DNA from: the human T2T-CHM13v2.0 reference genome, Homo sapiens
Assembly: GCF_009914755.1 (NCBI RefSeq)
Contig: NC_060926.1
Strand: one strand, 5' to 3'
Length of the DNA: 64,000 nucleotides
Under the pieces are notes generated by a model. That model was not told the origin of the DNA, ran no database searches, and worked only from the letters and a program-made list of their open reading frames with translations. Positions 57,608 through 64,000 of the stretch are shown here, one piece after another. Position numbers and translations under genes: made by a program. Each line of letters starts with the position of its first letter. Position 1 is the stretch's first letter.

Positions 57608-58776
57608 TTCTATCAGTCAGCAATTCTCCAAAAGGATAGAAGAGTTGACTCTACTTTCCTAATCATAATAACAGCAATAATAATGAAACAACCAAGCAAC
57701 ATCAACAATAAGTATTATTACTTGTAAATCAAAACAACTAACATTGATTGACAGTTTGCAATGCAGAAGTACAGCTCTGGAAGTGTTATGTGCATGTGAT
57801 CACTCCACTTTCCTTGGAAATAACAAGAGTTCAGTTTCCAACTGAAGCATATATTCTTAAGACCCTCAAAATCCAGCAAGGCATGCTTACAAAAATCCAG
57901 CCTATTAATTAATCTAATAGTTAGGCACATAATAAATGTTTAAAATCCAGTATTTAAACAATAGAGACTCTTCACTCTAGACCACAATTTCCAGAATTCT
58001 GCTGCCAAATGTTGTCAACAGAAAGAAGGAAAGTATTTATTTGCTCCCTCGGATACTCTAGGGTTTTCCTGTATGGCAGTGATTCCTGAATAGTAGCAAT
58101 TTTGTCATACGACTGAACAAATTCATCAATCTAGTCATGAGGTATTCCTGACCAATAGTACAGTCTATAGGTACTATCACACCAAAAAAGAAAAAAAATC
58201 CTAAGAGTTAGTCACATCCCCCACAGAATCCATTTTCTGTAAAGAGATTGCATTCCCTTTGCATTCTTTTTCCAATTCAGAAAGAGGGCCTTGTCCTTTT
58301 GGGTTCTTCCTAGATTTCAAAACTTAATTCAAAAATATTTATTTTGTGCCTATAAGGACACATTGCTTGAATGAGCCAACAACATAAATGTTACACTCAA
58401 CTGTGCTTTGCCTGTAGCTCTTAAGATTTTTCCCCTTAAATTAGTAAAACATACAAAATTCAGATGGCAGCATATGGTGCCTTCCATGGAAACATTTCCT
58501 TTAAATTATTGAGAATTCTGCAATCTGATTCCACTTTAATAAACACATGAAAACTACCTCTTACATTATAAATGTGTAACTAGCTAGATTAAGTATTTTC
58601 ATATGCTTTGCTGATTTTTCCAATACCTTCAGGAGTTAGACTAAATGCTTTATGTTTAATCGAAAGGTATGATGCATGCTATTTATCGTCTATTAAGCAT
58701 CAACTTGAATATTTCCAAAATATGAAAGGAAGTGAGCGTCTGCATCTAGGCAGAGCAAACAACCCAGCCCTGAGGC

Positions 58777-58941
58777 TTAATACTTTACAGTGCCATTGCA
58801 CATCCACAGAACTTATAAATTAATCCATTAAGTAATTATCCTTCAAATTTCAAGATGAACCTGCACATGGGAAATAGAGGAATGTAAATTATAGAAACCT
58901 CCTGGGGGGGAAATTTGCAAATGTTCATTAACATCCTTAAA
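58777..58941 (+). repeat. Direct repeat copy 2; its 3' part runs into an L1ME-like relic (to ~59345)
   Basis: acagtgccattgcacatccacagaacttat shared with copy 1; downstream ccagaaattccac and atcacagcattatttatag are L1-like. Confidence 0.93.
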
Positions 58942-59167
58942 ATTGTCTATTTGAACCAGAAATTCCACGTCTTAGAATTCACCTTAAAGCAGCAAAGAAA
59001 TACACAAAAGAATTTATATTTATCACAGCATTATTTATAGCAGTGTAATGGCATGCTCCAACCTTTGATTTTATAATAGGGTAAAATTTTCAGTCAATAC
59101 TCAAATTATGATGCTTATGCAGGAAGTTGCTTATGCAGGAAGTAAGCTGACCTGCATAAGGTCTCTC

Positions 59168-59197
59168 ATATATGTATGTGTGTATGTATATGTATAC

Positions 59198-59242
<45 letters not shown>
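59168..59242. repeat. (TATATG)n microsatellite
   Basis: Directly visible; produces the VY-repeat ORF in the track. Confidence 0.93.
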
Positions 59243-60669
59243 CACACCAAAATGTTACCAGTGATTATCGCTGGATGGTTGGGTTACATACAATTTTTGT
59301 TTTATTTTTAATATTTATCCTGCAGTTTCCAAATTTTTAACACAAATTATTATTTCCATTACTTTAACCAATTAATACAGTACATATTATAAAAGCTATC
59401 AAGGTAGTAAATATGGGCCGTTGCCCAGCCTCCCACCAATGACCTCCTCCTTCAGAAAATGTATGCTTGAAAACCTTGGTTTTCTGCTTGCCTAAGAAAG
59501 CTCCCAGGAAGCTTCTGACACCAGCTTTTTAAACTGTGCAGTGCCCCTCAATTGTAATATTGTGATCTAGTCACATCCCACATGCATTACTCCTACTTGC
59601 TCATTTTATGAATGAAAACACAGATGATGGGCTCACTGGCAAAGTCACACAGGTGCATCATCTCAGGTAGAATTTACATTTGTGTCAGTTAATTGTCAAG
59701 CTTGTTTATTCAAGAGTCGAATTTTGCAGATTCCATTTCTCTTCAGAGTGGAGATCCCCACCGATGGAATATGAAGTCTGCAAAATTTTTCACTTTATCC
59801 TAGAAACCACTGGGTTCAGGATAAATCCAGATAGGCAGCATCCTACCCACCCATATGTATAAGGAGCAGTTCAAACTAAATTTTTAGAGTCTCTTCCGAT
59901 AGCATCCCGTTGCCCACTCAATGATTTTCAGACCTCTTACCCTGAAATTTTCGATTCTCTATATATGCACTGTCCTCAAGACCATGGCTGGCTATATTGA
60001 TTTCTATTTCCAGATGATTTTCTTTTTACCCATTTTTACTTACAATAATATAAACATATACACTGTTTTTCAGTTTTCATGCATTTTTATGCTGCTGCCA
60101 CTGCTTAAAATTCCCTGCCCCATATGGATTATGTCCACCCATCAAATACCATGGCTTGCTTTTACCTGCATCTACATCAGACCCAACTAGCCTAATCTAA
60201 CTTCTGGTTCTGCTGGAATCCTATCAAAACTGCCTACATTTTTTCTAAACTTCTCAAGTTTTAAAATATATTTCCTCATTTTCTGTGAAAGCAATGCCTG
60301 CATAATAATGCTGATATTATCCTAATAAAAACTTAAACATCTGCATGTAAATTATGCTACACCATCAACAGGATTCCAAGACAGAAAGCAGGATTTGAGA
60401 AGGGAAAATGGGCAAGTAAATTCTCATATCTATTTAATTACAGAGCACTCATGTAAAATTTCCTTTGGCTGCCTCCATCAACATAGCAATGACTTGCATA
60501 CCACTTTGACAGGGCAATTTCATCTACTTGGCAAAGTAAAAGGGAAAATAAAATATCATCTATCCCTTTGATTTGATTCATTTCTTCTTTCATTTTTAGC
60601 TTATTAGTTTGTATGCATTTCTAAGAGCCACCAAAATATAATGACATAAAAACAAAAGAAAAATCAGAG

Positions 60670-60830
60670 AAAGGCAGGTTGTGGCCAGTTGATGAGTGAC
60701 TTTTAGGTCAAGCTATGAAGTTTGAAAATAACCTATAGGCAAAGGGGATCCTCATGGGTATTTCAGGGGACTAGCTTGATCAGATTTGTTTCTCAGGAAG
60801 ATGTACTAGTATTGATGGAGAAATGAGGTA
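60670..60830 (-). mobile_element. L2 fragment
   Basis: taggtcaagctatgaagtttg; ctataggcaaagggga; gatcagatttgtttctcaggaagat. Confidence 0.55.
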
Positions 60831-61762
60831 TGGGGACCTACGGCGATGATCAGGCAAACAGTGACTTAAGGTGTAGGAAATTTGGAAGAAGGGGTAGGGA
60901 TAAACAGTAGAGATCACACTATAAATGGTTCTGAAAAGCAGCATGATGATTCTTTGACTCTAGGGAGTGTTGTTCTATGTGTGTGGTAGAAAACTGGCTT
61001 TTAAAGAATATTTTTGAAAACAAACATTAGAATTTTTAATGTTGTATGTCTATTATCACCTATAGAAAAAAAAGCAGTAGATGCAAACCACAGCTAGCTC
61101 AATTCTAATGCCAAAAAAGAAAGTGAGCACTGCAAATTGTTCCCGTCTCTAATCTGCCCATCTGTGAGTTTGAAATGACAAAAAGTGAAAAAGAAGTCTC
61201 CTCTAGACAGAATAATTTCATAAAGAATGATTTCCTAATAGAAACAATATAATACATAAAAAGAGGAAGCTATAAAAAGCAGAGGGTTAAGTATCCAGTA
61301 AGTCCAAATGCCAAATGTTGAGTTGCTAAAATAGATGAGGGTTACTGGAGTTTTTCCTGAAATGAAGCTTTTAGACTGCTTGTCAATTCATCCAACAGCA
61401 GTTTATCACAACATAGGCTGACAGATCACACCATATTTTAATATTAACTCATCCACAGCTCCAAACTCAGGTGCTTCAAGAAGTCTAAAGTCCAGGGATG
61501 CTGTAAACAGGTTTAGCTGCCCAGGTTTTCTCAGCCTTGAAGATTAACTCCCATGCCCTTGATTCATTCTCATGACGTGCAGAGGAGAGGAGTGTTGGTG
61601 TCTTAGTAAGTCCCTTTCTGCGCACGTAAGATGATAATCGTCAAAAAAAATGGAAAGCTGGGCACTTTAATTTTCTACCATCTGTAATCATATGCAAACT
61701 GTGATAAAGCCAAAAATGAAGTCAAGGTGCTAGGGCTTCTAACATGTTATTTATTGTGTCAC

Positions 61763-61785
61763 TTTTTTTTTTTTTTTTTTTTTTT
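61763..61785. repeat. Poly-T tract
   Basis: About 23 consecutive T with no adjacent Alu or L1 body. Confidence 0.9.
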
Positions 61786-62454
61786 GGAATATAGATCTGG
61801 AGAAAATAAGCTGTTTGCAACACGGTAATTCAGTTATATGATGCACTCATTCAAAATCCCATTTTAAGTGACAGGTCATCATTATAGAGGAACCACATGA
61901 TTTGGATAGGGGCTGGCACAGATTCTAGCGAACAGCCGTACTCCTTTATTTGGGTGGTTACATCATAAATCCGAGTGGACCAAAGTGAAGATGAACCATT
62001 TTTTAAGAGTAGAAACCCCATGCTCACTCAGAGTAGAGGGCCGCGCAGGCAAGCTAACAGCTTCTGTAGACCTTGGATGGGGCTGCCAAGTTTCCACTAG
62101 GTGGGAATTTCTGATGCAATAAATGACACACCTAAAACAATAACTGAATCTAAAACACTACCACCCTAAAAATGCCTTTAAAACATGAAATTTCTGTAGG
62201 ATAATAAATCATACAGGAACAAAGTTAAAATTCAAGCTTATATGTGTTAGCAAAATTAGGTACGATATAGTCCAATTTAAATGCTTATCTAATAATGAAT
62301 AAGCCTAATATATTGGGTTACATGCATACATTTAAAATGTGAGAACTACTCTAGGCTCCAACTAGAGCTAGAAAATTACCTGCTTCTATGTTATAGTGAC
62401 TGCAGTTTTTAAGGAAGAAATTCTAAACACCTCATTTCTCAGCAAACCAACAAG

Positions 62455-62615
62455 ATGTAGTGGAATAAACACAAGCTTCAGAGGCAGATGTGGCTTCAAA
62501 CTCCACCTCTACTACCTAGCGACAATATGACTTCACTGGTTGTAAATGTTGGATAACTATATTGGCTTCATTGGTTAAAGTAAAGGTAACAAGTAGAAAA
62601 CACCTCATAGAATTC
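62455..62615 (+). mobile_element. MIR fragment
   Basis: tgtagtggaataaacacaagcttcagaggcaga; ttcaaactccacctctact. Confidence 0.55.
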
Positions 62616-64000
62616 ATGTTAATTTCCATCTCCCTTCATCCATTTTTTTCCCTGGTTTGAAATCAAGCAAAGCTCTTTCAGCCTCCAAAGGGATCAATTA
62701 TGGCAGTGGTTGGTCCCAAGCAAGTCTGTGTGTTAAGAGGCATCCCACGTGGTTTCTTGTTCATTTCATTTAGGGTGCCTTCACTGCAGCTTCCTTCCAT
62801 TTTCTGACTCCTTAAAGATGAATTTGTGTTTCTGCCTGGAATACAAATTGCTTGAGTTGCACTTATGTCTGGTCCTGACAGCTAAGATAAAAGTTTCATG
62901 GAGAAGTGGATTGTGCCCAGGCAACAGCAAAGAAAATGCAACCTCTCGAATTGGCTTAATTGTACTATTTTCAAAAAACTGTTGAAACTATTACCTCCTC
63001 TGTTTCAGTTTTTAAAGCTTTTGGTTAAAAAAAAAAACCTCTTGTTAGTCCCATAATTTGTACTTGCACAGAAGAGATCTAAATGTATTTCCTGAGTATA
63101 TTTTATAAAAATATCAGGGACGACAGAAATATCAAGGTTGGGCTCTCTAAGAGAAAAACAAAGTTCTCACTTCCATAGTTTTCATTCCTATATGATACTA
63201 AAGTGTTGTGCCTGGTTTTAAAGAATTAAAACACCAACATTCATGCAAGTAGCACAAAGAAGGGGTATCCCCCTGCTCAGTTCCTCCTGCAACAAATTCT
63301 CAACATCCAGGGCATCCAGAAGATGGCAGAAATTCAGTCTAGAAGCTCTTTCCTCAAGTGTTCATCAAGGGCCCTTCAACCCAACACTGCTTAGACTTCC
63401 ACTTTTGCAAAAGGAAGGGCACAGAGTGAGCTTATCCTAGCCTCAGCTGAATCTATAAAAGGTGTTCCATGCTGCCTAGTTAATTATTCTGGTATCTTGA
63501 TTATGCAGGAATAAAGCACAGGGAAAATTTTCTCATTTTCTTGGTTACAAAATATTAACGATGAGATTAAACAATGGATTAACAGACTCTGTTAGATATG
63601 ATGCTGAGATGAAGTGTTCACACACTGGGAGTATTTGTCCTCTGCTTCCAAGAAGGTTTCTTCCTCCTGCATTTTGAACATGAGGACAAAATGAGAGAGT
63701 ACACTCATAGTTTATGTTCATGGCTCTGATAAGAATGTGACATATCATGAAAAAACACAAACTTATGCCCACAGTTCAAACTATAAGACAGAAATATTCT
63801 GTCCAGGGGGGCAAAGCACAGGTGAAAGGGGAAGAAGAAAGAAATAGTAGCCTATACACAGTAAATACTCAACAAATATCAATTGTTTTTGTTGTTATTG
63901 TTGTGATCATTGTTTGGTTGTCATCATTACCAAGGGTAAGTGCTGGGTAAGTTGACTAGATGGCAGTCAAAACAAAATAGACAGAAAAAAAGAGAAATAG

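Noticed and set aside
59108-59311. VY-repeat ORF
   Set aside because: It is a translation of the (TATATG)n microsatellite.

Overview
AT-rich, CpG-depleted primate genomic DNA (probably human or great ape, inferred from AluS/AluJ, L1PA4-type and THE1 elements), either intergenic or deep intronic. I find no recognisable protein-coding exon, RNA gene or CpG island. Roughly half of the window is interspersed repeat: 9 Alus, many L1 fragments (the youngest a 4.2 kb 5'-truncated, frameshifted L1PA4-like copy), a Tigger3b/MER7B DNA transposon, THE1/MLT1/MLT2 solo LTRs, MER102/MER103, L2, MIR and several microsatellites. All longer ORFs in the track are L1-derived, Alu-derived, low-complexity or unrecognisable. 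I see no new gene system. The most unusual signal is structural: several fossil locally templated insertions. The best case is a TSD-flanked AluJ (9612-10134) carrying a ~176 bp inverted copy and a two-piece direct copy of unique sequence lying 1.2-2.3 kb downstream. Others are a ~160 bp duplication with an iterated fold-back junction (57.4/58.8 kb), a twin-primed L1 with a tandem-templated junction (31.2-31.6 kb), and a both-ends-intact but internally deleted L1PA15/16 (33.3-36.0 kb). Repeat subfamily names come from remembered consensus sequences, and boundaries of old repeats are approximate.
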